Shown: positions 11,062 through 20,781 of the stretch, piece by piece | How the letters are laid out: each line of letters opens with the position of its first letter | Numbering within the stretch: the first letter of the stretch is position 1 | IMG/VR virus record: IMGVR_UViG_3300044557_000292 | Coordinates: 160,001-224,000 of that record | Origin: a virus | Lineage: Duplodnaviria > Heunggongvirae > Uroviricota > Caudoviricetes | Length of the DNA stretch: 64,000 nucleotides | Reading direction: 5' to 3' (one strand) | Translations under genes and position numbers: made by a program | The notes under the pieces: model-generated | Database searches by the model: none | Told to the model about the DNA's origin: nothing | What the model saw: only the letters and a program-made list of their open reading frames with translations

Positions 11062-11263
11062 ACGGTTACCTCCAGAAATCCTAATCTAACATGTTGACAG
11101 TACATAAGATATCAACGAGATTCACTCTAGGGGAGGATCGCATCATGCATATGGTTGGAAACGTTCGCATGGTTAGACGATTAGAATAGTCTTTAAAGAC
11201 CATAAGATTCATTGCGTGGATATTAACCCTGAATCTCACATGATCAAATCGGGATGGGAAGAA

Positions 11264-11833
11264 TCATGACTCATTGACGGCGAACAGCACGCCAGTGCAC
11301 TTATCCGGTCTTGTGTGGCAGATCGGGCAGTCATACGATGAGTTGATACTATCCTCACGCCAGTATTCTGGTATGTATGCTATCTTCTTGAATCCAAGAT
11401 CGTACAGGAATCTTTCAGATCCAAGTATCGGTTCTGATGGCAGGCAGTCATCATTATCAACGCCAGACGCTTTGAGCACAAGCTCTATCCGGTTCACTCC
11501 GTGGAGGCTCATTCTCCGTAAGACGTTGAAGGTGAGCATTGACCCGTACCCGGATCCCCTATACGGGGATGACACGCAGACTGCATCAATAATGCCGATA
11601 GTATAGTCGAATTGTCGAGTGGATATGATCGCGTAGTGGAATAACGCGAAGCCAACCGGTATACCGTCAACGACCCTTAGGATAAGATAGAATTTCGGGT
11701 GGCCATCTTCCGTTTCATCAACCACTGAAGACCATATTGACCTCAGAGCGCCGCGGCCTATCGACTCGTCTGCTATGCGCTTAACGTCTCTTGGAACCCT
11801 ATCAAACGTGAGCTCCTTCGTCTTATTCTTCAT
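11264..11833 (-). CDS. GNAT family N-acetyltransferase
   Basis: Acetyl-CoA binding motif VCVSSPYRGSGYG, FLYDLGF, C-terminal CPIC..C. ATGA overlap with the upstream HU gene. Confidence 0.75.
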   Translation of the reverse strand: MKNKTKELTFDRVPRDVKRIADESIGRGALRSIWSSVVDETEDGHPKFYLILRVVDGIPVGFALFHYAIISTRQFDYTIGIIDAVCVSSPYRGSGYGSMLTFNVLRRMSLHGVNRIELVLKASGVDNDDCLPSEPILGSERFLYDLGFKKIAYIPEYWREDSINSSYDCPICHTRPDKCTGVLFAVNES

Positions 11834-12150
11834 TTCTGATCTTCCTCATCTTCGCTAGGATAATGAGCCGGCCCATTCCTGAAATCATTGAGTAGACTAG
11901 TGTTGAAACTGGCCGTGATCGCGTTTACCGATCGATACCTCTTCATTGATTTCGTCTTCGGATCTAATGCAGTCCGCTCGGGAATGAATCTCCTCTTGAC
12001 CTTAAGAACATTGGGTATCTTGAACTCACCGGTGGCCACGATAGACTCCCTCATCACGTCTTCAAATGAGGACAAGACCAATCTTACCAGATCCCTAGGA
12101 AGTCCCGTGCGATTGGAAATATCCCGAGTGACGTCTTCATTCGATTGCAA
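11830..12150 (-). CDS. HU/IHF family DNA-binding protein
   Basis: 106 aa with HU layout: helices ISNRTGLPRDLVRLVLSSF, GEFKIPNVLKVK, arm PERTALDPKTKSM. GGGAGG RBS. Confidence 0.75.
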   Translation of the reverse strand: MQSNEDVTRDISNRTGLPRDLVRLVLSSFEDVMRESIVATGEFKIPNVLKVKRRFIPERTALDPKTKSMKRYRSVNAITASFNTSLLNDFRNGPAHYPSEDEEDQK

Positions 12151-12171
12151 AGATCCTCCCTCATGGCTCGA

Positions 12172-12639
12172 TCACTTTGACAACTTAATGCTGTCAGCTA
12201 CTCCTCCTACAGAGTACATTAATGAGATATCAGCCCAACTCTTGATCTTATCCCTAATCATGTTCTTAAGCTCATCATATGAGTATGACTCCTCGTCCTC
12301 TTCGGTGGCCACGTGAAGACCAGTCTTATCTAGAACGAATCTCTGATTCTTGTCAAGCTCATCAAATCCTATCTGTTGTAACTGAACCACATCATTGGCA
12401 AGATCAATGCGAGCATTCCAATCGTAAGCCCCTCGACCCTTTGACTGGTTGACCCTAGAGCCCTGTATCTGGTCATACATGATCATCTCAATGTTCCGCT
12501 TGAGATCTTCCGGCATCTCCCAAGATGCTGGTATCCCCCACATTCTACGATAATGATCAATCTTTTCGTCAATGTCATTGGGGAGCAAATCTCCCCTCTT
12601 ATAATGGATGGTCATCCAGCGATTCTTCTTGCTAATCAT
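12172..12639 (-). CDS. Hypothetical protein (probable leaderless start at ATG 12639 rather than 12678)
   Basis: ORF track entry; a CGGTACCAT -10-like box ends 7 nt before ATG 12639, and this start avoids overlapping the upstream gene. Confidence 0.55.
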   Translation of the reverse strand: MISKKNRWMTIHYKRGDLLPNDIDEKIDHYRRMWGIPASWEMPEDLKRNIEMIMYDQIQGSRVNQSKGRGAYDWNARIDLANDVVQLQQIGFDELDKNQRFVLDKTGLHVATEEDEESYSYDELKNMIRDKIKSWADISLMYSVGGVADSIKLSK

Positions 12640-12668
12640 GATAATGATGGTACCGTCCTGTTCTTCTT

Positions 12669-14729
12669 CTACTTCCAATTCTTATTCCTAAAGAAATGGT
12701 TATTACTGCCATCAAGGACCTGGGTCTTCGTCAGCCACCTGGTTCCATATGAGTGGAAGTCAGCGCGGCCGTTATCATTGCCCTCGGAGATATAGATCTT
12801 CCATCCACTCGGATCAGACGCTACCTTCTCCACCACGGCAACGTGGGTAGTCCATGCGAACGGGCGATCAGTCCCAGATATGCCGTCACCTGGATGCGGG
12901 GTACGGTCAACCTCCCAGTTGGGGTTACCGCTAAGATTAGCCCAAATATCACCACCATTGCCTAGCACTGTCGTCCACCCGCTCGTACCGTGAATCATTC
13001 CGAGGCGATTCCACGCGTACCATACGCACTGGTATCCGTATTCAAGATGGGGGTAGATGCCAGTACCGGCATCACCAGACTTGCAGACCTTGATGGCGCT
13101 GCACATCCAATCGAAATCACATCCACCCTTATCACACGCTAGAGCGCCATTGACAGATCCATTCCGGCTATCATTTCCATTACTCTCCTTGTCGCATTTC
13201 GTAGTGTTCACCTGCGCGTCAGTACTATCGCTAGATGAGCCTGATGATCCAGCACCCCCAAACTTGGATGAATCAAACTGGACGTTAGAGCCTCCGAACA
13301 GGTCATAGGCCTTCTGCGCCGCTTCAACACGCGGCTGTGCTGCCGAGTCTGATTGGTCTGCCGGTCTCTCATATTTCCTCATCCAGTACTTGGCCGCCGC
13401 CGCAACATCATCAAGCTTAGCAAATGCGTCTGCGGACCAGGACTTCACCTCCATATCCCAGACAGCATCACCCTCATTGGTAACAGATGGGGACTTGTAC
13501 CCAGACCAATTCTTGTATTTTGATCCAGGAGTGAACTGGTAAAGACCGTACCCTCCGCTACCAGCAGCTGATGGATCGTTGGAATTGCCACCACCCTGAA
13601 TGATCGTTGGATTGAATCCACTCTCAGCGTGAACGTTACCCATGATTCCAGCGACGGCAGCGCCAGAGAATCCCTTGGCCACCCAGTAATCCCACACGTT
13701 CTTAGCGTTATTGTAACTATTAGAACCTGGCTTCATCCATGATTCTGATGACCCTGACGATGATGAAGCCCCACCATCATTAGCAATATCCTTCGATTGC
13801 TGATCTATATGGGAACAGTCAAGATCAGATGGACCGAACGTCTGTATTGACGTGAAGATGATGAGTATTGACATGATGACGCCAAGAACAACAAGGTTCA
13901 CCCATAATCCTGGAGGGAAGAACACGAGCTTGATGAACCTGATCGTGTGCCCGATCAGCTGTTTCGTCTTGAGGGCAAGCGTCTTCGCCGCGTCGATCGT
14001 CTTGGCAGCCAATCTGGTTGCACCGTTGAGGACATGATCAGCAATGTTGTAAGCACCATTCCTTGCCGCGTTGGTAAGACCTACCGCTGCTTTGTTCGCT
14101 AGTCCCCTGATCCCACGAGGAGACGGGCCTCGTCCACCATTAGGACCTAGCGTCGGGGTTCCCTCGTTATCTCCGGATTCACCACCGCTTAAGGCTCTTG
14201 TTGATGGCGCGCCGCCCGAGCTAAGCGCTGCTGGACGATTTGTGGGCTGCGTGGTGCTGTTACTGTTCTTGTTATCAGGTGACGCGCTAAGAGTAGGGGA
14301 TCCCTGTCGATTTGTTCCAGATGGTTTAACGTTGTGTTGCCGAGCTTCCTGGCTCTTACCGTTATCAGAATGATTCAATCCTGTGGATCCAGGCTTGTTA
14401 ACCGGTAGTTTAGCTTGGCTAGCTCTGATTTTATCTAGTTGTTGCTGTCTAATCTTCTCATCGTAAGCATGGCTCGCCTCACGACTAGGATCACCTGGGG
14501 TCTTCCGCTTGGGAGTATTGCCAGTGCTCACAGTAGGAGTATTGCTAGTGCCAGCAGTGCCCTTGCTCTTTGATACCGGAGAATCATTCTTGCTAACAGG
14601 GGCTTCACCCCGACTAGCCCTTATCTTATCTAATTGCTGCTGTCTAATCTTCTCGTCAGACGATGGGTCGTTGGCCTCACGCATAATGTCCGCAAGGGTC
14701 TTCTGCTTAGGCGTGTTATTCTCGGCCAT
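12669..14729 (-). CDS. Membrane-anchored cell-wall hydrolase: phage-tail-lysozyme domain + CHAP domain (VirB1-like)
   Basis: AAVAGIMGNVHAESGFNP, GYGLYQFT and YERP (Phage_lysozyme2); YQCVWYAWNR, HVAVVE and ISEGN (CHAP Cys/His). TM helix follows a disordered N-terminus. Confidence 0.85.
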   Translation of the reverse strand: MAENNTPKQKTLADIMREANDPSSDEKIRQQQLDKIRASRGEAPVSKNDSPVSKSKGTAGTSNTPTVSTGNTPKRKTPGDPSREASHAYDEKIRQQQLDKIRASQAKLPVNKPGSTGLNHSDNGKSQEARQHNVKPSGTNRQGSPTLSASPDNKNSNSTTQPTNRPAALSSGGAPSTRALSGGESGDNEGTPTLGPNGGRGPSPRGIRGLANKAAVGLTNAARNGAYNIADHVLNGATRLAAKTIDAAKTLALKTKQLIGHTIRFIKLVFFPPGLWVNLVVLGVIMSILIIFTSIQTFGPSDLDCSHIDQQSKDIANDGGASSSSGSSESWMKPGSNSYNNAKNVWDYWVAKGFSGAAVAGIMGNVHAESGFNPTIIQGGGNSNDPSAAGSGGYGLYQFTPGSKYKNWSGYKSPSVTNEGDAVWDMEVKSWSADAFAKLDDVAAAAKYWMRKYERPADQSDSAAQPRVEAAQKAYDLFGGSNVQFDSSKFGGAGSSGSSSDSTDAQVNTTKCDKESNGNDSRNGSVNGALACDKGGCDFDWMCSAIKVCKSGDAGTGIYPHLEYGYQCVWYAWNRLGMIHGTSGWTTVLGNGGDIWANLSGNPNWEVDRTPHPGDGISGTDRPFAWTTHVAVVEKVASDPSGWKIYISEGNDNGRADFHSYGTRWLTKTQVLDGSNNHFFRNKNWK

Positions 14730-14730
14730 A

Positions 14731-15399
14731 TCAGATGACCTCCAGGAGCGACCCGGCCCTCTCAGCGAAATCAGCGAGAGTCATCTGATTAGGCCACCTG
14801 TCGATCATTGCTGCTAGTACTGGGCTCTCGGGCTTCTTCTCAATGAAGATCACGTCAGACTTTGACCTCATGATCGTTGACATCATCTGCTCCCCCTCCA
14901 TGGAGAACCAGGCGAAGCTGAATCCAACAGACGCCTTGCCAAGATTCCTCGTAACAGTCTTAGCAAGCTCCATGAACGTGGTTGAGGGCCTGTAGTCAGA
15001 TGGGGCAGCGCACACATACCATTCTGTTCTCGTCTTCCACATGATCACCCAGGTGGTCTTACCGTGAATCCAATAGAACTGGATGTGGTTCTTCCCCACT
15101 ATGGCCTTGATCGTCGTGATGAACGTCATCTCGTCGAGCGAGATGACGAGATTTGATATGGTCGGGACCGCATCCATAAGTTCCGGATACCCGTCGTCCC
15201 CTATATCAAAAGCACCGGATCCTATGAGAGCGTTGTAGCCAGTAACAGCCTGCTCGTCGATCTTATCCGGGTCAAGACCTAGAACATTCAGAGGATACTC
15301 TTTACCATTCACCAGGGTATAGTTCATGCAAGCATCGAACTCTGGAACCGTCATGGACACGACGTCCACCCCGCAGTTCAACCTTTTCACAACCTGCAT
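14731..15399 (-). CDS. Hypothetical protein
   Basis: 222 aa ORF, GGAGG RBS, preceded by a TGATATCTTG motif, coupled to the hydrolase gene. Confidence 0.6.
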   Translation of the reverse strand: MQVVKRLNCGVDVVSMTVPEFDACMNYTLVNGKEYPLNVLGLDPDKIDEQAVTGYNALIGSGAFDIGDDGYPELMDAVPTISNLVISLDEMTFITTIKAIVGKNHIQFYWIHGKTTWVIMWKTRTEWYVCAAPSDYRPSTTFMELAKTVTRNLGKASVGFSFAWFSMEGEQMMSTIMRSKSDVIFIEKKPESPVLAAMIDRWPNQMTLADFAERAGSLLEVI

Positions 15400-15459
15400 G
15401 TGATTATTCCTCCATGTATAGCGTTACCAGATTCAAGATATCAATTAGACTATGATCCG

Positions 15460-18400
15460 TTATTCAATAGTTGGCGCGTTCCTCCCCCTATTGAATACAC
15501 GATGATGCTGTCCCCTGAACCTGTTCATCTGGTCAATAAGAATCTCCTCGTCATAATTGCCATGATCATCCATTATAGAATCGGCCATATCATTCAGATC
15601 ATTCGTCTTACGAGCCCTTCCAGCGTGAACAGATCCAGAGTCCCTCCTCCTGTTCATCCTGTCAGCATTCTTCTCGGCTATCTGAACCTGCCTGTCAAGG
15701 GTCTGTACGGCGTCAATCTCCCTATTCATGGATAGACTATTATCGCGTTCTGTATTAGCGTCCATAATCTTCTGGCTCGTGTCAGTAATCTCATTATTCA
15801 GATCAGCGACCGTGTTCACTCCATTAACGCTTTTACCACCAGCGTTCTTATGAATGAACTCATTATCACTCTTGTTGATGGCCAACGATACAGAGTTGGT
15901 GGCGAGCCTACTCTGGGCCTCGGATACAGCTTGCTGTTGCTCATCATTAAGATTCCTTCCAGCGTAGGCATTGACGAGTTCCATATCGTTGCGGTAACTG
16001 TCAAGATCATGGGCGAATTCAGCCGAGTTGGTGACTCCGAGCTGTTCGGCAACATTGTGGGCAGGCGCGTAAATGCCACCTTCCTTGGTCTTCGTGGTCG
16101 CTATGGTCTCAAGGCTCTTGTGGTGATTATCAGCAAGCTCCTTAAGCTCATTCAAATGTTCGAGATGAACCTCGGTGTTGGTTCTATTGCTTTGGACTTT
16201 AACCGCCTGAGGTTGTCCATTCGCGTCAAGTTGAAGCGTTCCATCAGCATTACGCTTCATTACCGGGACTCCATTCTCAACCTTAGTAACCATTTCGTAC
16301 CCGCCAAGATCCTTGACCCTCTTTGCCTCAATGTCCTTAGCGTCGCGCTTGGCCGCGGTGAGATTGTTAGTGTATTTCTTTCTTACCTTCTGTTCCTGAG
16401 CTTGCCTCTCGGCAGCGGTGGCGCCCTTGTGACTCTTATCCCACTCCTTCATATCCCTATCCGTGGCAATGTTAATGTTCCTATTCCTAATGGCGTCACT
16501 GGTCTTACGAAGCTTGGTCGCGGCGTGATCGGCCTTGCGTCGGGTCTCCTTTCTACGATCCCCCATGATCTTATCGTAAGATTTAGCAGCGTTCGCCACG
16601 ACACCATTACCACGCTTGAGCTGCCGCATGGCTGTAGCCCCGGCCTGATTACTACCAGACCTGGTCCTCTGCACGAAGTTGTGTCCAAGAGTCTTAATCT
16701 TGCCACCAGCGCCCTTACCCTTATAGGATTCCATGTTGTCGCCGCCGGCAACGAATCCGGCCGCGCGGCCAGCTTCCTTAAGAGCCATGAATCTTCCGGC
16801 GCCCTTCATCTTATCCGTAGTCCACTTGCCTATCTTATTGGAAAACTCGGTTCCTCCGAAGTTAGCCTTACCGATCATCCCAAGGAATTCCTTACGATAC
16901 ATGAACATGGCCATCGTGACGATGATCACGAAGATCAGCGTTCCCCCTAGGCCCTGCGAATTGGAAAGAACCGCGTCATAGAGTTCAACCGTAACCATCA
17001 TCCATAGGACGCAGGCAAAGTACTTTAGGATTGCCGACACGACCTTCTGTAGGTATCCTAGGAATATCTTCTTCCCCTGTCCTGGTATGATTCCTATGAG
17101 GAAGAACAACGGCGCGAACGCTGTCAGCAGTACGCTCACGAAGAGGTACATGATGGCCAATACGGACGTGGTCACTAGGGTGAGTGCTCCTCCACCGGAC
17201 GCAATGAGGGCAATGAAGCCAATGCCGATCCTACTGAAAGCGTTGTCACCAGTCCAATTCCTCCACATCGCGCTGATGTCACCAGTGCCCTTGCCGGCAG
17301 ACGCATTCGTCGAGTTCATGGTGAGGACCATCCAGTACCAATCGCCATACGTCTGACTGTCCGCACCGTAGTTGACCATCCTCGTGGAGTGGTACTTGGT
17401 GTCCACAGATCCATTGCAAGTATGCAATGTAGACTGCAAGCTTAATTGGTACAAGGCAAGATTCTTGTACAAGTACTTTGAAGACTCATTCTTGCAGGTG
17501 TTCATCGCATTAGAGTCAGATGAGTACAGTGAGATGCCTATATTATTCCTAGTATCACCCCACACCTTCTCCAAGGCGCCCTTCGTGTACTCGTTCTGGA
17601 ATATAACCCCAGTTTTACCATCCTGATTATAATAGAGGGCATCATAACCGTATCCGAATTGTCCAACAGACCACGGCTCGAGGACGAACGCCTTCCAAAT
17701 CTTGCATGTTGACTGTCTCGCTATAAGATTCAAAGCTCTTGACACGTCTGGAGTGGCTGAATCGTCAACGAAGCACTCGGTCCCCGCGCTAGGAGCGGCG
17801 TTGGGGTCCGATGAGCTTGAATCCATACAGTTCACCCCGTTGATGCCCTGGACTACGCATCCACCCAGGGTGGTACCAATCCTCATTGGGGCTTCTGCCA
17901 CGAGAAGAGGATTATTGAGGAATATGACTCCAGCCGCGAAGATGATGAATGCTGAGAAGAGACCCCCAAGAGCTGCGGTTAGCTTTCTCTTGGCTAATCC
18001 AGTCCAAGCTATCCATATACCAACTCCCATCCATACAAGCACGATAAGACCCTGGTAAAGACCCGAGTACAAGCGTCCAATGATTCCACCGTCATCACCG
18101 GCCACACCGGTTCCACCTATGACGGCGAGCAGGTTAATGCATGACGCACCAGCTGTGTTCTGCGCGTCCTGGCAGATGAAATCAGGATCAACCGCCTTGG
18201 ACACGAAGAACGCGCTAATATTAGCTATCCCGTTGGCAAGACCAAGCAGAGTCCCCCCTAGCATGGTTAAGACCGATGAACCAACGCACTTAACGGCAGA
18301 CCTGCTCTTATCAGAATTATCAACAATTGATGACGTTTGATCTGAGTCATAATAACCAGATGGAAGATTGAAGATGTTACCCTTATCGACTGGAATCTTA

Positions 18401-18759
18401 TCCGGTCGAGGAGTGCCATTATACGTTGTCCAGTTCAGTGACGGCGCGTAGAGATCCATGATAGACATCTTCGCAGTGCCATCAGTCTTCTGGCTGGAGT
18501 TCAGGACACCACCATCGAATGTCTTCGCCCTCGTGTTAAGGCCTATCCCTCCCGTGAAACCACAGAAGAAGTTATCAATGGGACCAGCTGCCTTAGCGAC
18601 CTGAGATGACGCGGCCAACGCTCCCATCGAGAAGAAGGAAATCACGATGAGGAGGATGATGGTCGTCATTTTCTTCATCAATGAAAGATGGTTAGTCCTC
18701 ATTGCATGATTGACATGATCAACATAATACGATCCTGGCATCCAATCACGCTCCACCAT
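15460..18759 (-). CDS. Large membrane protein, VirB6/TrbL-like paralog 3
   Basis: 1099 aa; LNWTTYNG, CKIWKAFVLEPWSVGQFG, KNLALYQL, WRNWTG; TM clusters and coiled-coil tail. The true start may be slightly downstream. Confidence 0.6.
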   Translation of the reverse strand: MVERDWMPGSYYVDHVNHAMRTNHLSLMKKMTTIILLIVISFFSMGALAASSQVAKAAGPIDNFFCGFTGGIGLNTRAKTFDGGVLNSSQKTDGTAKMSIMDLYAPSLNWTTYNGTPRPDKIPVDKGNIFNLPSGYYDSDQTSSIVDNSDKSRSAVKCVGSSVLTMLGGTLLGLANGIANISAFFVSKAVDPDFICQDAQNTAGASCINLLAVIGGTGVAGDDGGIIGRLYSGLYQGLIVLVWMGVGIWIAWTGLAKRKLTAALGGLFSAFIIFAAGVIFLNNPLLVAEAPMRIGTTLGGCVVQGINGVNCMDSSSSDPNAAPSAGTECFVDDSATPDVSRALNLIARQSTCKIWKAFVLEPWSVGQFGYGYDALYYNQDGKTGVIFQNEYTKGALEKVWGDTRNNIGISLYSSDSNAMNTCKNESSKYLYKNLALYQLSLQSTLHTCNGSVDTKYHSTRMVNYGADSQTYGDWYWMVLTMNSTNASAGKGTGDISAMWRNWTGDNAFSRIGIGFIALIASGGGALTLVTTSVLAIMYLFVSVLLTAFAPLFFLIGIIPGQGKKIFLGYLQKVVSAILKYFACVLWMMVTVELYDAVLSNSQGLGGTLIFVIIVTMAMFMYRKEFLGMIGKANFGGTEFSNKIGKWTTDKMKGAGRFMALKEAGRAAGFVAGGDNMESYKGKGAGGKIKTLGHNFVQRTRSGSNQAGATAMRQLKRGNGVVANAAKSYDKIMGDRRKETRRKADHAATKLRKTSDAIRNRNINIATDRDMKEWDKSHKGATAAERQAQEQKVRKKYTNNLTAAKRDAKDIEAKRVKDLGGYEMVTKVENGVPVMKRNADGTLQLDANGQPQAVKVQSNRTNTEVHLEHLNELKELADNHHKSLETIATTKTKEGGIYAPAHNVAEQLGVTNSAEFAHDLDSYRNDMELVNAYAGRNLNDEQQQAVSEAQSRLATNSVSLAINKSDNEFIHKNAGGKSVNGVNTVADLNNEITDTSQKIMDANTERDNSLSMNREIDAVQTLDRQVQIAEKNADRMNRRRDSGSVHAGRARKTNDLNDMADSIMDDHGNYDEEILIDQMNRFRGQHHRVFNRGRNAPTIE

Positions 18760-19028
18760 TGTCTATCAGTTCTCAAATAAATCTGAGAAGTATGCTCATT
18801 CATTCAACAGGTATAAGATATCAACGGTATTCCCTTAAAGGCTAGAACTAGATAGTGGGGACGCCTTGATTCCATGCGTGATCTTGATGCAATTATTGAA
18901 GACAAATTGTCTATGGAATATAAGCATTGTGAGGCCAGACGTTTATCGTAACGCTCCTAAAGATTCGTCAATAAGGATTCCCATTCCTTTGACGGCCACG
19001 TCTACATTGACATGCCTGGGATACGCCA

Positions 19029-19078
19029 GAATCCCCACGATCGGACAATACCACATCATTGTCCGATCGTGGGGATTC
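19029..19078. terminator. Perfect 21-bp inverted repeat downstream of phoH-like gene
   Basis: GAATCCCCACGATCGGACAAT-accacatc-ATTGTCCGATCGTGGGGATTC. Confidence 0.7.
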
Positions 19079-19148
19079 ATTCCAGTTGGCGTCTACAAGC
19101 TCGGGGGTTATCTCCCTTGCGTCGTCCTACCCCTCCAGCAGGCTCAAA

Positions 19149-20666
19149 TCAATCAAGTTCTGAGAGGAGTTTAGATGCAAGCTGTGCAAGCTCACTCCTC
19201 TCGGATTTCGTGAAGTTAATATGGGAGAACATAGATTCTGACTTCAACCTGTTCACGAGCGACTCGATGCTTGTGCCAGAGGAAAGATAAGGGTTATCCT
19301 GCTGATCCATATCAAACGTGAAGATGATCCTTGATCCCCTACCGAGACGAGACACCACGTCTAGTAAGATAGACCTGTCAAGGGATTGCGCGTCATCAAC
19401 GATGACGAGCTGATCTTCAAGCGTTCTTCCCCTGAGGTATGTGATTGGCTCAACGCTGATCTCATCAGCATACTTGGCCTCAATGAGCGGGACAGCCTTG
19501 CCATCAGACGTGATAGCCATCTTACCCTCATCAGAATCACGAGATCTTGATTTTGATCCTCCCCTGCCGCGTAGCTTGTCATACTTACGAACATTATCCC
19601 AGACGGCCTGAGCCCATGGCCTCATCTTCTCATCAGCACTACCCTTCAGGAATCCCTGCTCCTGGCGACCTACAGCATACATTGACCTGAACACGGTGAC
19701 CTTGGAGAACTTGCCCCTCTCAACCGCGCTCAGCCCGTAGGCAACAGCGAGGAGGGACTTACCAGCTCCAGCAACGCCACCAAGGCTCAGCATCTGTATG
19801 CTGTCATCATTGAGCCATGTCGTGGCCACCGCCTGCTCCTGGTTCAACGCGGCGACCGGACCGGCCTTGGGCCAGGTCTTCTCATTGAACTCACGATACG
19901 AAGTCCCGTTCTTCATGATCCAGTCTTCATTGTCATCCTGAACCACATGGAGTAGAGCATGATATGGAGTCCTCCTGTAATCAAGACGCTTGACGATCTC
20001 CTCGTACTCCTCGTCTTCAATCTCACCGATCTGTAGCCCAAGATTAGAGAATAGAGGATGATTGAGATCAACGTCAATCACACCCGTGAACTTATCGTTC
20101 TTACCGTCTTCGTAAGGAACAGCGTCAATATGCTCGAATACGCTAGCAATGAATCTTAACGGAGCGTCATTAGTGATGAGCTCGACCCTGCTGACGTGAT
20201 CATCACTCAACTCGGCCTCAAGGTTCTTCACCACAGCCAGAATCTTATGATCGTTGGAAGATTCATCCCTGAGGTCGGGTACAAGGACATCCTGATTCGT
20301 ATGATTCACCTCAACGCGGACCGTGTTACCGTTAATGGTCGGGACGCCCTTAAGACTCATGTCGATATCAGGATGAGATATCCTTAAGTCTTCCAGCTTC
20401 CTGATCACAACCCTGGCCGCGTACCCACGCCCACCGGGGTCAGTACGATACTTCTCCAGTTCCTTGTACACGGTCAATGGAATCACGATGTCTCTATTCC
20501 TGATCCTGCTGAAGACCTCATCTCCAGTGCTAAGGAACACGTTCGTATCAATGATCGTTGTAACCCTACGACGATCATCATGATTCCGCTTTGATTTGAT
20601 GACAGGCATGCAATCACATCCATTGTTCTTTTCCATGGAGCCGATACGCGCTATTCCCGTATGCAA
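19149..20666 (-). CDS. phoH: PhoH family ATPase with N-terminal PIN domain (PhoH2-like)
   Basis: PIN IIDTNVFL; Walker A GVAGAGKS; YLRGRTL; IVDDAQSL; DNPYL. The true start is probably about 20 codons downstream. Confidence 0.9.
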   Translation of the reverse strand: MHTGIARIGSMEKNNGCDCMPVIKSKRNHDDRRRVTTIIDTNVFLSTGDEVFSRIRNRDIVIPLTVYKELEKYRTDPGGRGYAARVVIRKLEDLRISHPDIDMSLKGVPTINGNTVRVEVNHTNQDVLVPDLRDESSNDHKILAVVKNLEAELSDDHVSRVELITNDAPLRFIASVFEHIDAVPYEDGKNDKFTGVIDVDLNHPLFSNLGLQIGEIEDEEYEEIVKRLDYRRTPYHALLHVVQDDNEDWIMKNGTSYREFNEKTWPKAGPVAALNQEQAVATTWLNDDSIQMLSLGGVAGAGKSLLAVAYGLSAVERGKFSKVTVFRSMYAVGRQEQGFLKGSADEKMRPWAQAVWDNVRKYDKLRGRGGSKSRSRDSDEGKMAITSDGKAVPLIEAKYADEISVEPITYLRGRTLEDQLVIVDDAQSLDRSILLDVVSRLGRGSRIIFTFDMDQQDNPYLSSGTSIESLVNRLKSESMFSHINFTKSERSELAQLASKLLSELD

Positions 20667-20781
20667 TCAGATTGACTACGATGCAAGATGGCTTCAATAA
20701 TCAAGCATCACGTGACGATACGTCATTGAACAGTCAATCTGCAATATATTATGGAGGTATACTCATGGATATCATGTTACC

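Noticed and set aside
14731-15399. EspG-like type VII secretion chaperone
   Set aside because: Only a vague size and pattern resemblance; no WXG100 or other T7SS genes in the window.
15850-16950. Long + strand ORFs in the track (e.g. 366 aa here, 41173..41970, 59298..59990, 8180..8797)
   Set aside because: They are antisense shadows of well-supported minus-strand genes and show no recognisable motifs.
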